From: Sphagnum compactum
Lineage: Eukaryota
Direction of reading: 5' to 3'
Assembly (NCBI GenBank): GCA_965153455.1
Contig: OZ234493.1
Coordinates: forward strand, 22,310,213-22,374,212
Length of the DNA stretch: 64,000 nucleotides
Under the pieces are notes generated by a model. It saw only the letters and a program-made list of their open reading frames with translations. It was not told the DNA's origin and searched no databases. Within the stretch, counting starts at the first letter, position 1, and each line of letters starts with the position of its first letter. Both the position numbers and the translations under genes were made by a program. Below, in pieces: positions 49,613 to 63,784 of this stretch.

Positions 49613-50924
49613 CTCAAAGTTGGAGATGCCCATGAAAAAGTTGCTAGAACGAGGGGATGTGCCATTGCTCAATAATTATCCCATGGAGTTAGGGAGTGAG
49701 GAGAAATGGTTAAGTAATAAACATTACCCAAAACTTGTTCTTAATGATCTAGAAGAGAAAATGCAATAACTAAAAGAAGTAGAAAGAGTACATACTAGCC
49801 TAATGCAAATTAGGGTATAAGTTTTTGCATTGAAAATGATCAGGATTATAGTAAATTATGGCATTGTATATAACTTTCTCTGTGTAAATAGGTAAAGTGG
49901 TTTTGGCATCAATCCCATAGAATGTCCATTTGATGTTTTTTCACAACTAATAATGACAACACATTATGATCATTTCATGATAACATTTGGACAATTATAG
50001 ATTCTTCTTTTATGTCATGAAAACTAGTTTCAACTAACTATTTAGTTTATTAGGCGTATTATGAACTTGTGTGAGGTTTTCCACTCAAGTATTATTGACA
50101 CCATGAAGAACAAATCAATTGGCAAACATTGGGCATGTGACTATCTCATTGTGGTAACAAATGGTTTTGTCTTCTCAAGTGGAATGTTACCAATCGTTTG
50201 AGCAAATTGAATTTATATGTAATGTCCACGGCAAATGAGCTAGTGTAGCTAAGCCAATCACCAAACACATAAGGACTCCATGAGAAATTGCACACTAAGA
50301 ATGGTTTTTTTTTGCCAATGGGCTCCAAAAAAAACTTGTACCTTATCTTTGGGTGCATACATAGGTGCATGAATTGCCTACTTTGGTGAAGAGACATGAG
50401 AGTTATGCTTCCCCAAAGGAAGGGGGTCCACTGATTGGAAAAATTCCTAACCAAACATTTAACATTCCTATGAACAAACATTTTGCTCCCTCTTAATGAA
50501 CATTCAAAATTTGACAAGTGGACAAAACCAACCCTTGACAAAAATGGATGCATGTGAAAAATGTGATTTTATTTATGTAAAAATGTTCATCCTATATCAA
50601 CAAAGGAGATCATTACCAAAAAAATGTGTAAAAAATATTTATGGTCATGGGCAATGCATCGTTTGTGTAACCTTAAAGCTTCAAGCAACACTGCACTTTT
50701 CACACAACCTCTTAGGTTTGGTGCGTTCATGCTCAATTGTTCAACTCCCATTTAGTTGTTTTCCCTCTCCTATTAGTTTGTTTACACAAGTAATGGTGCA
50801 CATGAATGTTGGTTTTCCTCATCATAGCCTTCCAGGAGATCTCCTCACCTCCTTTTAATTTTCTTCTTATGGTGGTGATGGGTGCCTCTTTCTAATTTTC
50901 CTCTTAAATTAATGATCATTACCT

Positions 50925-51450
50925 CGTCTTAATTGTCATCTTCTATTGTTGATCATTACTTTTTTTAATTGTCATCTTCTATTGTTGATCATTACTTTTT
51001 TTAATTATCATCTTCTATTATTGATTATCACATCTTCCCAATTGTCATCTTTTGTTATTGATCTTGGCCTCCTTCTCATTGTCATATTCTGTTGTTGATC
51101 ATCACCTCTTCCTAATCATTGATCCTCACCTCTTGTCAATTGTTGTCTTTTGTTATTGATCATTATCTCCTTTTGATCATCATATTTGGTTGTTGATCAC
51201 AAACTCCTTCAATTGTCGTCTCTTATTAATGATGGGCACCTCCTCTTAAATATCCTCTTTTGTTGGTGATAATCATCTCCTTCTACTTGTTGTCTTCTAT
51301 TGTTGATTGCCACTTCCTCCTAATCATCTTTTCTATTGGTGTTCCATGTTTCCTCCTAATTGCCATCTTGTGTTGTTAATCAAATCTCCTAATCATTACC
51401 TCCTCTTTAATATTTTCATGTTATTGATCATCATTTTATGTTGTTGATCA
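50925..51450. repeat. Degenerate ~36-bp tandem array next to the pogo-like relic
   Basis: AATTGTCATCTTCTATTGTTGATCATTACTTTTTTT repeated and progressively more diverged to the right. Confidence 0.75.
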
Positions 51451-51999
51451 TTGTCTTGTTCTTGCATCATCATCCTATTTTTCGTCTATGTGTGTTTCTT
51501 GATTTTCTTGCTAATCTTGAAACCCCATCTTCACTCTCTCATGGAGTAGTGGTCTATTGTTATCTTGTTGCAACACAACCCTTAGATTTTTATCAAGCCA
51601 TTACCCTTGCCCTATTTGTTTTTTGAACCTTTAATATAAACCAAAGATTGACACCTCTAAACCTTAGAAGGTGGGTTCTGAAATGTATGGCAAAATTTAT
51701 ATGAAATCTATCCCTTGCTTTTTTTATTACAATTGCATTCCAAGCATTGTTAAAATTTGTTCTAACATGGTTTTATACTAACCTTTGAGTTGTTCTTTCA
51801 ACCACAATGTGTGAATCAACAATTTGTTTAACCTTCTTCTATTCCTTGTCCAAAGTTTTTTTATCATAGGATCTTTAAGTATTCATTAAATGTGACTACA
51901 TGTGATTAAATGTAGTCTACTAACAGTTTTTTTTCCTTTTATTGTCCTTGCAAACAAATGTGGTAAGTACAACAAATTAGCTAGAAACAAAAGAACTTG

Positions 52000-52630
52000 A
52001 ATTCCATTCCCAAAAATTTGGGACTTCATAATTAGTATTATGTCCATCTAGGTCAATTAATAAGTCAAAAGTAACTTCCATAGGTTCAATTTCTTCTCCG
52101 ACAAAACTTGGACTCAACAACATTTCCACATAATATTTCAAATCTACTAACCTTTGGTCAATTGATTGAAATTTTGTTCCTGCATCATCTTGAATAGTTA
52201 TTATGTTCATTAACTATGTGGTAGTTCCAACCTCCCCCCAATTCTAACTTTCATCATTTTTTCCATCAAATACATCATTACCTTCATATGAATTGTTTAC
52301 AAGTTTTACTGGGTATGTGTCATTTAATCTTGTCCTGTGATCCATGGCCTTAGTATTGAATGGCCAAGTTTTTATTACCTTAAACCCATTCATGATTTTT
52401 TTAAGATAATGTTTGATCTAGAACCTTGTCCACCTAGCCAACAAATATGCATTTGTCTGGTTCACCACGACATTATTTCTCTTTCCTAAAAATAGTTTTG
52501 AAATGTTTGAAACAACTCACATCTAGGGGTATAGAACATGTGAAGTGTGAAAAGGCAAGGTGACCATATCCAACCCAAATTATTGTGCTTGTTCTAAGGC
52601 TTTTAACATAACATGTGAACCATGCCCATT
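52000..52630 (-). mobile_element. Decayed pogo/Tc1-mariner (DDE_1) transposase relic
   Basis: Minus strand gives GHGSHVMLKALEQAQ*FGLDMVTLPFHTSHVL/PLDVSCFKHFK..WVDKVLDQTL..NGFKVIKTWPFN, matching DDE_1 motifs DGHxSH and LPxHTSHxLQPLD; contains stops and frameshifts. Confidence 0.8.
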
Positions 52631-55447
52631 AATAATTAATAGATGTTGATTTGATGGAAAGATGTTGATTTAGCAACTTGCCACAACTTCCAAAGACAAT
52701 CCATGGCCAACACACCCGACAAATCAAAATCATAAAACATAGTTTCACAAGCAATGTGATTACATGCTTGGGTTTTAGATGACTCAAAAATAAGTGAATA
52801 TATCTTGCTATGAAAATGGCCAAGGAATGTTTTTGATGTTGAAAATGGTGCACACGAAACACCATAACTCGCTCACAATAGAAAGTTGGAACTATTAATG
52901 TTGGCTAATAGTATTACTAAAAGCGAAGTGGAAGAGGAGAGCTCCCCACCATACCCAAAAAACACAATGACAAATTTGGAAAAAATGACAATGAATTCAA
53001 AAGACACTATGTTGATGGTTACACCACACTTTGCAATGGGTTCCAACAAATTGAATGACCCACCAATGGCACCCGGCTCGGCTCAATATGTTTGTGATAC
53101 AAACTATTTACAATGTAGATCATCACCTACAAGCCATATTAAGCATCATGGTAGTTATTTGCTTCTTGGCCCTTGTTTTCAACACCTAAGTGGTGTTTGG
53201 TTGGGACTTCTAAGAAGTATAAAGTTTAATCTCTTATAAAAATCCCAAGACTTCAAAAAATTTGTTAATTTTAGATAATTGAAGAATGTATGACTTGCCA
53301 ATGCATCAGTAGAAAACATTATTGCAAAAATACTTACAAATAATCTCACACAAAATTGACATTTGTGGTTGATATGTAAGGCGTAGATGTCTATTACAAA
53401 TTTTAGTTGGTGTAAATCTACTAAAACTAAATCTATTTGAATTCTTTGCTAGTCTTGGAACTACAAGTCTGTGAATCCAATGGTAATGTAAATATTTGCT
53501 ATATTTTTCTGGTAGATTGATCCACATAAAAAAATTCTATTTTTGTGATTGATGCCTATGTAGGTTGATCTATTACCATTTAATTCACAATCTTGTGAGA
53601 TGGCTCCTAAATTGACATGTCTTTCCCCTTTTCCTGATTGCAGATTTATTTTGTTTTCCTTTACATTTTCTTTCAACACTTTAGCCTTAAAACATAGAAC
53701 CTTTAAAAAACATTGAAGTTCATCTATATTTTCCTAATGTTCTAACATTCTTGAAACAATTGTAAAGGATCTTGAAAGGAATGAAAGGTACTCAAGTTCA
53801 TGTAACTTTTATGGTTAAATTAATGATTTTTTTGGTGGGAATCTAATGTGCTTGCAATGGGGGAAGTTGCATTATCTTTAAGGTCATGAATGTGTTTTTT
53901 GTTTCCATAATAAAATGTTGCTCTACATTGAAAGTTGAAGTCACGTTTGTGCGTTTAAAATTTTGTTCATACCCAGAACCCTAAATCTTGTAATCCAACA
54001 TTAAATCACCCCATAATCAAACAAATCTCAAGTGTGAAATGGACTAAAAATATTGTTCTATTGTATTTTTTTACACCTTATACTAAACACTTATGTTATG
54101 TCCCTAGTTATAAGTTTGATAAAAGTTTTTTTTTTTCATAACCTTTATTTTTATGAAATGGTTTGAAAATTTCCCTTTAATATGCAACTTTACACTTATA
54201 ACCAAACATCTTTCATGTAAGGTTGGGAAATGATTATTTTTGGAAGTGCAAGGAATGACTCCCATCACCAAACACATTTATATTTTAATTAGGATGCAAA
54301 TAACACCCAAATTATCTAAATTTCTTTTCTAGCCAAACACAAATCAATCTGCCCAAGTAAGAGTTATAAAAAAACCAAACACAAATTTTTGGCACAACAC
54401 ATTTGATCATGGGGTGTGAAATCCATGCTAACCATTGTAATCAAACTAGGTTGATCAACCTATGTTTGAACTTTTTTGGCCCAATCAAACACTAGCCTAT
54501 GTTTAGTGATGCATTGTGTTACCCAAGTAGGAGCACAAAATCGAATGTTTCAAGCTTGCTTGGGATAGCAAGAAGGTGATTAGTTAGTTAACACACTTGC
54601 GGCACTCACCAATTCACATGGTGTGGTTGTTTTGTGATATGGGTACAAATGAAGCACCACTCTTGGATTCAATCTTTTATTTACTTTGTGAATGAAACAC
54701 TTTGAATCTCAACCAAATTGACTTCCATTGAAGGTGAGACAAATTGGATGACTATGAGGAATCTACAAATTATTAAGATGTAAGGTGTCTATTTTATTCA
54801 TCTTTATTGCGGATTGCCTCCCAAGTTCAACATGTTTCTTACAATGGGTCATTTTGATTGGCCCATCACCAAAGAGGAAAAATTGGAACTTTGGGTGGTC
54901 CCTAAAATAGAAATTCCATTGGAAGATGGAGTGCCTTTCCCTATATAGGTGAAAAGAGGACAACTTTGGGCAAAACATATTGCATAAAAAATGTGGTGTT
55001 ATTGGGAACATCTCAGTATAACACTTATAGAGCTTGATGAAAACCCCTTGGGAACTTGATGATAACACATTGGAAACAAAAAAACCAAAAATTTCACCCT
55101 CCTTCCCAACACCCCTTTAAAAAAAATTATTTGGTTTTCTTGGGTGTATGTTACATTATTCATTGGCTGAGAAAAATTTATATACTTACATTTGTTTGTC
55201 ACCATTTTCAACTTAGATTAATGGCAGGGACATACAATTGGGTACTTATTAATTGCGATATAAACAAAAAAAAAGTTTGTGGTCTTTTAAAATAGTTTAT
55301 GTGATGAAAATGATGATAGATTTCATAGAGATTTATCAAAAAAAATAGCAATGACATTTTGATGCTCCAAAAAATGGATTGTAAAAAGGTAGATCAATCA
55401 TAGATTTGATAACCTATAACCATCGATTTTGATTAAGGGGATATGTG

Positions 55448-55782
55448 TGAAGGTTGAATTAATCAATTTACAAACATGTGTGATTGAATTGATGAGTTAT
55501 TGCATCAAACACGTGTGACATACATGCACAATGTTATGTGACGATTGAATGGATGGTTTATGCATTAAACATGTGGGGTTGAACTAATGAATTTATGCAT
55601 CAATCATGTATGCAGTACATGCATAATGTTGTTTGAAGGTTGAATGGATGGTTTATGCATTAAACATGTGGGGTTGAACCAATGAGATTATGCATCAATC
55701 ATGCTTGGAGTACATGCATAATGTTATTTGAAGGTTGAATAGATGAGTTTTTGCATCAAACATGAGAAGTACATGCACAATT
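55448..55782. repeat. Tandem repeat, ~95-bp unit, ~3.5 copies
   Basis: TTGAAT anchors at 55454, 55545, 55640 and 55735, followed by ..TGCATTAAACATGTGGGGTTGAA..TACATGCATAATGTT. Confidence 0.85.
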
Positions 55783-56376
55783 GCTTATGAGAATTGGGAA
55801 CCTTACACCATGGTGAAACTAATTTTCTAAATGCAAGAATGAATGGTTGAATGGGGATTCCAATAACTTCGTATTAATTGTGAAAAGTTAGTCATACAAT
55901 GAAGAAGCTAGATATGTTACAAATTGGAATAGAAATTTCGAGTAGTAGTATTCATATAAAGGATAATCATCATAAACTTTTCAATCCAACAATGTGATAA
56001 TAAAAATCATGTGAAATTTATTTTTCATAGACTCACAATTTTTGCACACAAATGTCATGTATATAATTACATATGAATCACATATAAATAGGATGAATGA
56101 TTTTTATTGGAAATAGTTCATTATATTTTCAAATTAGAATTAGAAAATGTTTATGAAATTTTTATGAACTTGAACAAATGTTCGTAAATGTGAGAATGTA
56201 GAAAAAAAATCTAATGAAACATAAATTTTAACAAATGTGTACAAGTATTACATGTGACCTTTTTTCATGGAATTTGTAAAGGCCGCATGAATACCATTAC
56301 ATATTATGGAACATGTTGGGTTACAAGCCCAAATTTTCAAATAGGTAACAAAATAAGCACAATGGCTTGTTTCCAA

Positions 56377-56527
56377 CACATTCCACAACATAATGGTCTA
56401 TACCTAGCACATTCTATAATGTAATAGTGGTCTATACCTGGCACATTGCATAATGTAAGGGTATGTACCCGGGACACATTGCATAACATAATGATTTATA
56501 CCCGGCACATTCCACAACATAATGGTT
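56377..56527. repeat. Tandem repeat, 31-34 bp unit, ~5 copies
   Basis: CACATT..ATAA..GGTCTATACC.GG starts at 56377, 56408, 56442, 56475 and 56506. Confidence 0.8.
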
Positions 56528-56704
56528 TTCATGATTTGCACAATGGGCATGTAGATTTTGAACAATGCTTAGGTCTTAGAGGTAGGCTCAAGACGACCAA
56601 AAAGGGGACCTAAAAAGAAGGCCCCCCAAAAAAAGGGCACATGAAAACCACACCCAAAAGGAATACTTTTTTTTCATTAGGTATCCAAAAAATAAGACTT
56701 GTAG

Positions 56705-57279
56705 CAGGGTTTTTTTTTTTTTTTTTTTTTTGTTTAGCCAAATTTGGCTATAAACAGGATATGAAAGTAAAAAATAAAATAAAATAAAATAAAGATTCCT
56801 TCACTTTTTTGGCTACAATGACTAAAAATTACCCAATAAAGAAAAATGGCGATATTTCAAAGAAAAACTGTATAGTTGTGGCGACTATCAAAGCCCACAA
56901 AAAAACCCACTTATTTTTAGCCATTTAGCAATTTCTTTTAGCCAAATCGCGAAATTTAGCCAGAAAAAAAGGGGCTGAAGTCTCGCAGGGGAGTGTGTGT
57001 GGTGATGGGTGAGGTTTTCTGTCTGTAGCCAAAGTGGCGATAATCGATAGAAAGATTAAGCCAAATATGGCTATAAGCCAGACATGAAGTTTTTTTTAAA
57101 AAAAAATCATCTTTGTTTTTTTTTGGTTTTTTTTTTCCTTCGCTTTTTAAACCAAATATAAAAATCTGGCGATTATTGATTCTGTTTTTCCCCCCTCACT
57201 TCTGGCGATTAAAAAGCTCCAAAATCAGTTCATTTTCGATTTTGTTTTTAATTTCGTTTTTTGGCGAAATTAAACGCTG
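56705..57279. repeat. Two adjacent copies of the dispersed AGCCAAA.TGGCTATA repeat family immediately upstream of TAB2
   Basis: AGCCAAAT(T/A)TGGCTATAA..ATGAA at ~56736 and ~57059; first copy is bounded by CAG (56705) and CTG (~56977); similar to 11377-11696. Confidence 0.7.
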
Positions 57280-57465
57280 GTTGGGATGGGATTCTCGCAA
57301 TCCTTGTGTGTTGCTGGAGCCTGCGTGCGTGCTTGTGTGCTTGCAAGGGTGTTGCCGTTGCAAAGCAGTGCGCGACGAAGCACAAGGACCAGAAGAAGGA
57401 GAAGGAAAGGAAAGGAGAAGGAGAACAACAACAACAACTATAAGGGAAGCTCTTGCTCTTCTGCA

Positions 57466-57698
57466 ATGGGTTGTTGTACTGGAGTAGTATCTCCATCTGT
57501 GCAAGCATGCAGGTGTCGCACAACAGCTGGAACCAGTTCCCCAACTACCACCACCACCAGCTGCTGCACAAACCGCAGCTTGCGACAGCTTCGGCCGCCA
57601 TGGTCCACTCGGCCCCCGCCGCTGCTCTCCCTGCAATTCTCTTCTTCTTCTTCTTCTTCGCAGTCTGTGGTGACCACCACTTCTTCAATGCGCAGTAG

Positions 57699-57729
<31 letters not shown>

Positions 57730-60363
57730 AGCAGCTCTGTTGAGTCCTCCTATTCGGAGCTTCCGGCACCCGTTGTGAAACAACGCTTCAGTAGGTTCTC
57801 CTTTCCGTTCCTTTCTTTCACCACCCATCTTGTTTGTTGAAGGGTTTGGTGGTCGAAGATGAAGAAGAAATTTGTTGCTAGGGTTTGCTTCTCCTCTTGG
57901 GTGGGTGTCTTTCTTCTTGGGTTGTTGTTGTTGTGGTTTCTTCTGACGTTTATCTGCAACAACTTTTGTAGAGAATGGACTGGACAAAAAAAAATCAAGT
58001 GGATTTAGGGTTGCAAGACACACAAGAAGAATTGCAGCAAACATTGTGCCCAATTTGGCAGAGACTTCTGGTGCAGATTTGGAAGCAATGGAACAGAGCT
58101 TATTAGTAGCAGAAGATGCAGATGTGAGCTCCATTAGTGAGTGGGAACTTGACTTCTGCTCACGCCCTATCTTAGATGCGCGAGGAAAGAAGCTTTGGGA
58201 GATTGTGGTTTGCGACAACCGGAGGCAGCTGCAGTTTGCATGCTTTTACCCTAACAATGTCATCAACAGTGTCACTCTACGGGATGCACTGGCTTCCATT
58301 GTTGAGACTCTGGGTGTCCCTAAGCCAGAGAAAATTCGCTTCTTCCGGTAAGCAGCTAGCATGTTCCTTATCTCACATCTCTTGGCAATGGCAATGACAC
58401 CAGGGAAGAAGAAAAGAGAAGAAGAAGATGATGATGATGAAGAAAATGCAGAAGAAGATCTGTTTTTATGTTCCTTTTCTTACTCTCATGATGCACATGT
58501 CTGTGGTGCAGATCACAAATGCAAACCATCATTTCAAAGGCATGTAAAGAGCTTGATATTCAGCCAGTTCCAAGTCAAAGGGTAAGTGTCTTTGGAAAAA
58601 CTGCCCGCATTGTCTTGAGCTTTAGCATTTTTGTTCTTGTACTTCACAACTGTTCACAGCCTTTGTGCAGGGCTAGAATTTTTTTTTGTTTTTTTTGTTT
58701 TTCACTGTACAACCTTCATAACCATTATGCAGGGGCTCAGACTTTGTTCTTGCACTTCACAACCCTTGTGCAGGGCTACTACTTGCTCAGTACCTATCTG
58801 GGTCTGTTTCAAGAGCATGTGATCTGATTCTGGTTGTGATGAATGTGGGGGGGGACTGCAGTGCATCACACTAGTGAGATGGCTGGAGGAGCGATATGAA
58901 ACGGTTTATCGGCGACATCCAGGCTTCCAAGAAGGCGCCACTCCACTTTCACTACAGGAACAAGCTCTCCCTTTGGATTTACCAGACAGTCTGCGTGGTG
59001 AGCAGTGGACATTTGTCCAGCTTCCTCTTTCAGGTTTGTTTTCTAAGCCTTTAATGAGAGATGAGAGTTTTGTTCAGAAACCAGCATCAGCTTGTTTGAG
59101 CAGTGACCATGTTCTGGATCAATATATGTTTTGTGGACAAGATTGATGTTGTGACAGTGGAAGCATTGGTGGAACAGGGGTGTTGGAGGAGATGGAGGCA
59201 GTTGAGAAGGGCGCAATGTTTGGCAGTTTGCTAGATCTTGACACTTTAGGGATAGATCTATCATCAGACATAATGATTCCAGGAGTTGCAGTTGCATCAT
59301 CTCGTGCGACCCCTCTCGCAGGTTTGACATTGCTTTGCAATTCTCAAGTCATGATGCAATCTTGTGCTGGGATCATTCAACACTAAAGGGGTGTCTCCTG
59401 TGGGGATTGTCATGAACAGCTTGGACAAATGCTTTGGAGCTGGCATCGATTGAAGTGGACATACAGCGATCTTGTCTTATCCTCTCCACTGGTGTCGCAG
59501 ACAGGTGAGTGTGTTTTCACAAGATAAAAAATTATTGGTTGTACAACACTTGTTATGAGTGTTTTGTTTGGGCCTGATATGCACAGCCCTTTGCAAAAGG
59601 AGGTTACCCAATGCAAAAGTTGTTGTCAGTGTGCCTGACAGCAAGCAAGCAGCACACACTTTTGTGCACCTGTAAATGGTATTGATCAGTCTGTTCAGTG
59701 CATAGTAGCTTTGGCATTTCAAAATTGTCCAGGCAGCCAAGAAAAGCTTCAAGGCTTTTTTGCTGAAGGGAGTATCCCAATTACTTTCATACCAGAGTTA
59801 CACCCAAATACCCAAATAGCAACAAAGTTACAGTTACCTGGAACCTCACAATTTTCAATATGATTCAACATCACGTCTGAGTCTTCCCATTGCTTCTGGA
59901 AAGGCAACAGAAACTCAGGACGCAGATTGTGTATAATGGTTTGCCCAAGTTTTTTGGGAAGATTATTATATGCTTATCTACACCCACTGTTGGGAGCTGA
60001 TGAACTCAGTGGGTAGTCATGGCAGCTCGTCACTGCTGTTCGTGATGAAGGTGATGGTCTGTCACTTTGTGAGCGACTCTCATGAGGTTATGACTGCACT
60101 CATTGTCGTGTTACCTTTAATTGTTGTTGTGGAGATTTCTCTGCAACTTCATCGATCTTAATTTTCAATATGATTTAATCCTGGACAGGTGGAGATATGC
60201 ATTTTATCGCAAAAGTAGACAAGCAGATGCAGAAGGTGAAGCCTGGGAGTCTGCAAAGAAATCCTGTGGAGGCCTCCACTTCTTAGCCGTCCAAGAGTCT
60301 TTGGACTCAGAGCTTTGCACAGGGTTTTGGCTTTTGATTGATGTACAACGCTCACCTGTTTAG
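57466..60363 (+). CDS. TAB2: Chloroplast RNA-binding protein TAB2/ATAB2. Exons 57466-57790, 57972-58347, 58512-58581, 58862-59033, 59178-59321, 59420-59504, 60189-60363
   Basis: Ser/Thr-rich transit peptide, then [113 protein letters not shown]. Confidence 0.95.
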
Positions 60364-62065
60364 TAGTAAATTTTTACTGTTGTTTTGTAATCATTTCTGG
60401 TTTGTATTTAAATACAATATTGATTAGATCACAACTGCCGTCAATTTAATCAGGTTGAGGAGGTTGAGGTTTAGGTCATATTGCGGGAAGCTGACACCTG
60501 TGAAGACTCATTTGTTGTAGGTGCAAGTCAAAATTGTGTGAAGATTGTTCCTGTTGATTTTCTTATGCTTTTGGTCAATTTGTGTTCCTTTACCTGCCTT
60601 GATTTTGGGAATGGAGTCCTATATCTCAGCCTCAGATGCAGGGATCTGTATTTCGCACCTTCCTTGATTGGGAGACATGGGAGTCCTATATTTCAGTAAT
60701 TCAGAAGTGGATGTCAGGTGTGCACCCACAAATCAGCACAGTGACATAAAACTGAGAAGGTTTGGAGTGCTGTGGGAATGATCTTTTTGCATCAGCAAAA
60801 TTTTGGGCACATTGTACCTAAAAGGTTAGATCTGTAGAAGAGCATTATTATTGTTGTTGTCAAGTCTCACGTTATATCGGGTCTGATTTGCTGGTGAATT
60901 GTCCATTATTGTTCCTAAGCATGTTCACCACAAGCCTAAGAAGGGAGATATAGTAGTTTTAAGGGAGAGGGCTTGCAGTATTTACAAATAACGCAGGCCC
61001 TGTTATTGGCAAAAGCTTAAAGCTCAGGTGGGTGGTGGGTCTCATTGCTTCAGAGGCTGCTCTCATTGCCTTCGCATCTCATCATCTCATTACTATCACC
61101 TCCAAGACAGTTGACCAAATTCATTCACTAGCAATGAGGCAAACACCGCTACAGATAGCTGCTCTTGTTTGCACAATGCAAGCATTCATGTGGATCTTAC
61201 AGTGGCATTAAAACAGTACTTCTCAAGTTTCCCCTTAGTTCTAAACTTCTTGTACGGAATATACCATTCAAGCATATCTTAGAGAGGAATTGAGACAGTA
61301 TTTCTACAATCTCCTACTTGTTCAGTTGTGCTGTGAACAAGAAGCTGTAACCAAGGTAAGGCATGGCAATTGCTCAAGGAACCTGTTGATGATATACACT
61401 AGAATGAGATGTTATGATACTGACTTGAGGAAGTGAGAATGCAACACCTGAATGTCAGCTGCAAGGTTGAAAATTGTGCTGCACAAAAACATCTGTAGTG
61501 GTGTTAACACACACCTGCTAAATAGGCTGCTACCAAACCCCTGAATTTCTAACAAACATTAACAGACAGGAATTTTCAGAGTACAACTCACTGATCTAGG
61601 TGAGTTCAAAGCAAGCTCAACCACACCATACATTCAAAGCTAGACTATGAAAGTGAACCCAAAGACTTAAAAAGATGAGTCAACATCCTATGGCTTCGGG
61701 TCCAACTGTCTTCTTTTGTGGAGCATTGATCGATCTGTCCCAGAAGACACTTCATCTTCACACCCTAAACCCTACAGCATTCATCCCGATAAGACTCTTT
61801 CAATCTATGCAACCAAATCTCAAACCTTCAGTTCCTAATATCACGCAAATCACAGAACCCATTTCCCATTCTGCTAAATAGATTAGCTGCTGGAGCAACA
61901 GAAAGAGGACTTGCTGCTCCATTCACAAGAGCAACAATTGCTCTTTGACCAGCTCTTTGAGGAACCTAGCTACAATCCACAACTTTCTTCTTGGTTTCAA
62001 ATCTGAGCTAAGACTTTCATAGTTATCAACAATGGAGAAGTTCCAAGAACCAACAGAGGAGAGTG

Positions 62066-63784
62066 TCAAGAGCCATTCGATGCTGACCACCGCATGAATG
62101 TGCAGGCAACAACTGCCATAGCAAATCTTGCCCTGGCCAGTGGTGATCGTGTCAAAGGTACAGGAGCATTCTCCCGAACTATATTGCTTTCTTGGACGGG
62201 TCTCACCTGTATTGCACATTGAAACCCAATTGTCAGGCAGGTTGCAAGTAGCATTTATGACCTTCTACATATGATATCGAACACCATGAGCACCATTACA
62301 GCTACACAGTAGTTGCAGCTACAAGCACAAACAATAAATGCACATTCTGTAACAAGATTCTGGGGGAGCTGAATCAAGTATTTCACCTGTGCCTCAGGTA
62401 CAACTGTTGTTGGAGAGGTGTCAAGTGCAACAACCAGCGATACTCGGTTTGTTAGCAGCCATTCAACGCTGGCTGGAGTGACAGCTCGACATTTCTTGAC
62501 TTTGATCTTCACAAGACTAGGGCATCCACCCACAAGTGCCTCCATACCCCTGTCCGAGATTGGACAACCCTTGATGCAAAGTTTCTTCAGGGCAAGGCAC
62601 TTGTCTGCTATGCAGGAAAGCTCCAAATCCCCAAAGGTATCACTTGTGCAGATTGCTAACCGCTCAAGGCTTGAGCAATTGGAGGCCAGAAGACTGAGGC
62701 TAGACATTGTAGCATTGAGACCAATTATAACAAGTTCCTGTAGGTCTTTGCAATTTCTGGCCACAGTGTCAAGGCCTTCATCTCCCAGTTGGTTGTTCTT
62801 CCAGCTGTCAATATGAAGTTTGCAGAGTTTTGGGCAACCATTAGCAATTGCCGACAAACCCTTGTTTGTACACTCAGATGGCTTCACAACATACAGGACT
62901 TGTAGGTTTGTGCAGCATGCTACAGCTTGTAAACCCCGATCGGTTAACATCACTTTCTCAATATGCAGTTCGACAAGGCTAGCCATGTGCACAGTGATGG
63001 ATTCAAACAGTAGATCCCAGTTACCCGAGATTCTTGAAAGCATCAGAGTGTGCAAATTCTTGGACTGTGCGATGAGCGGGTAAACAAGCAATTGTCCATT
63101 AGGAAAATCCTTCAAACACAGTCTTCGAATACTGCAGGAGGTATTTGGGAGTATGAATTCAGATGAATCCTTGAAGCCTTTCAGTCGCTTCACAGTTAGA
63201 TCCTCTAGATTCGCACAGTGCTGCAGGATAGAGTTCAAACCTTGTGGACCAAATTGACAAGAGCCACATGAGAATTTTCGCAAAGTGGAGCCACAAAGCT
63301 TAGCAAATCGATCAATCCCTTGGTCTGTCAAACCCTTACAGGCCTTCAGCTTCAGTTTCCGCAGCTGTTGACATCCCCTTCCCACCACACAAAGCGCATC
63401 ATCATCGATACTGCAGCGCTTTCGGTCACACTTGAGTGTAAGCTTGGTGATATGCTGAAACCGCTCTAGCAAAGCCGGCAACGCCGATCCAATCTCCACA
63501 CAAGCTTGCAAGGACAGCCGTTGCCGCGCTTGTCCTTCTACCCTGTACCATCTCTTACACACCAACGAACACTGCCTCCTGTCCGACAGCTCCAGTTTCT
63601 GAAATACCGCAGCAAGACACTCATCCGGCGCAAATACTGTCAAATCCATTCTTGAAAACAACAAGCTCCGTCCTCCTTCTCCTTCTCCTTTCTCCTCCTC
63701 CTCCTCTTCCCCCTCCTCCTCCTCCTCCTCCTCCTCATGGTCTACCCCATGTGCACACGCTGCCGCAGAGCTTGCTTGCCCCAT
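62066..63784 (-). CDS. F-box/LRR protein, VFB/SKIP2-like. Exons 63784-62387 and 62206-62066
   Basis: MGQASS start, F-box DLTVFAPDECLAAVFQKL..DRRQCSLVCKRW, LTLKCDR..SIDDDAL, LRKFSCGSCQFG, LHIDSWKNNQLGDEGL, LKKLCIKGCPISDRG..GCPSLVKIKVKKC, C-terminal VACTFMRWS. Confidence 0.92.

Noticed and set aside
49293..49769. 158-aa plus ORF with repeated SHSSTHKHNLNLSLFPHTISTLI
   Set aside because: By-product of the 69-bp tandem repeat (multiple of three, stop-free); overlaps the PAF-AH start antisense.
57113..58218. Multiple overlapping ORFs on both strands around the TAB2 5' end
   Set aside because: Shadow frames of trinucleotide-repeat-rich transit-peptide sequence; only the spliced TAB2 frame is supported.
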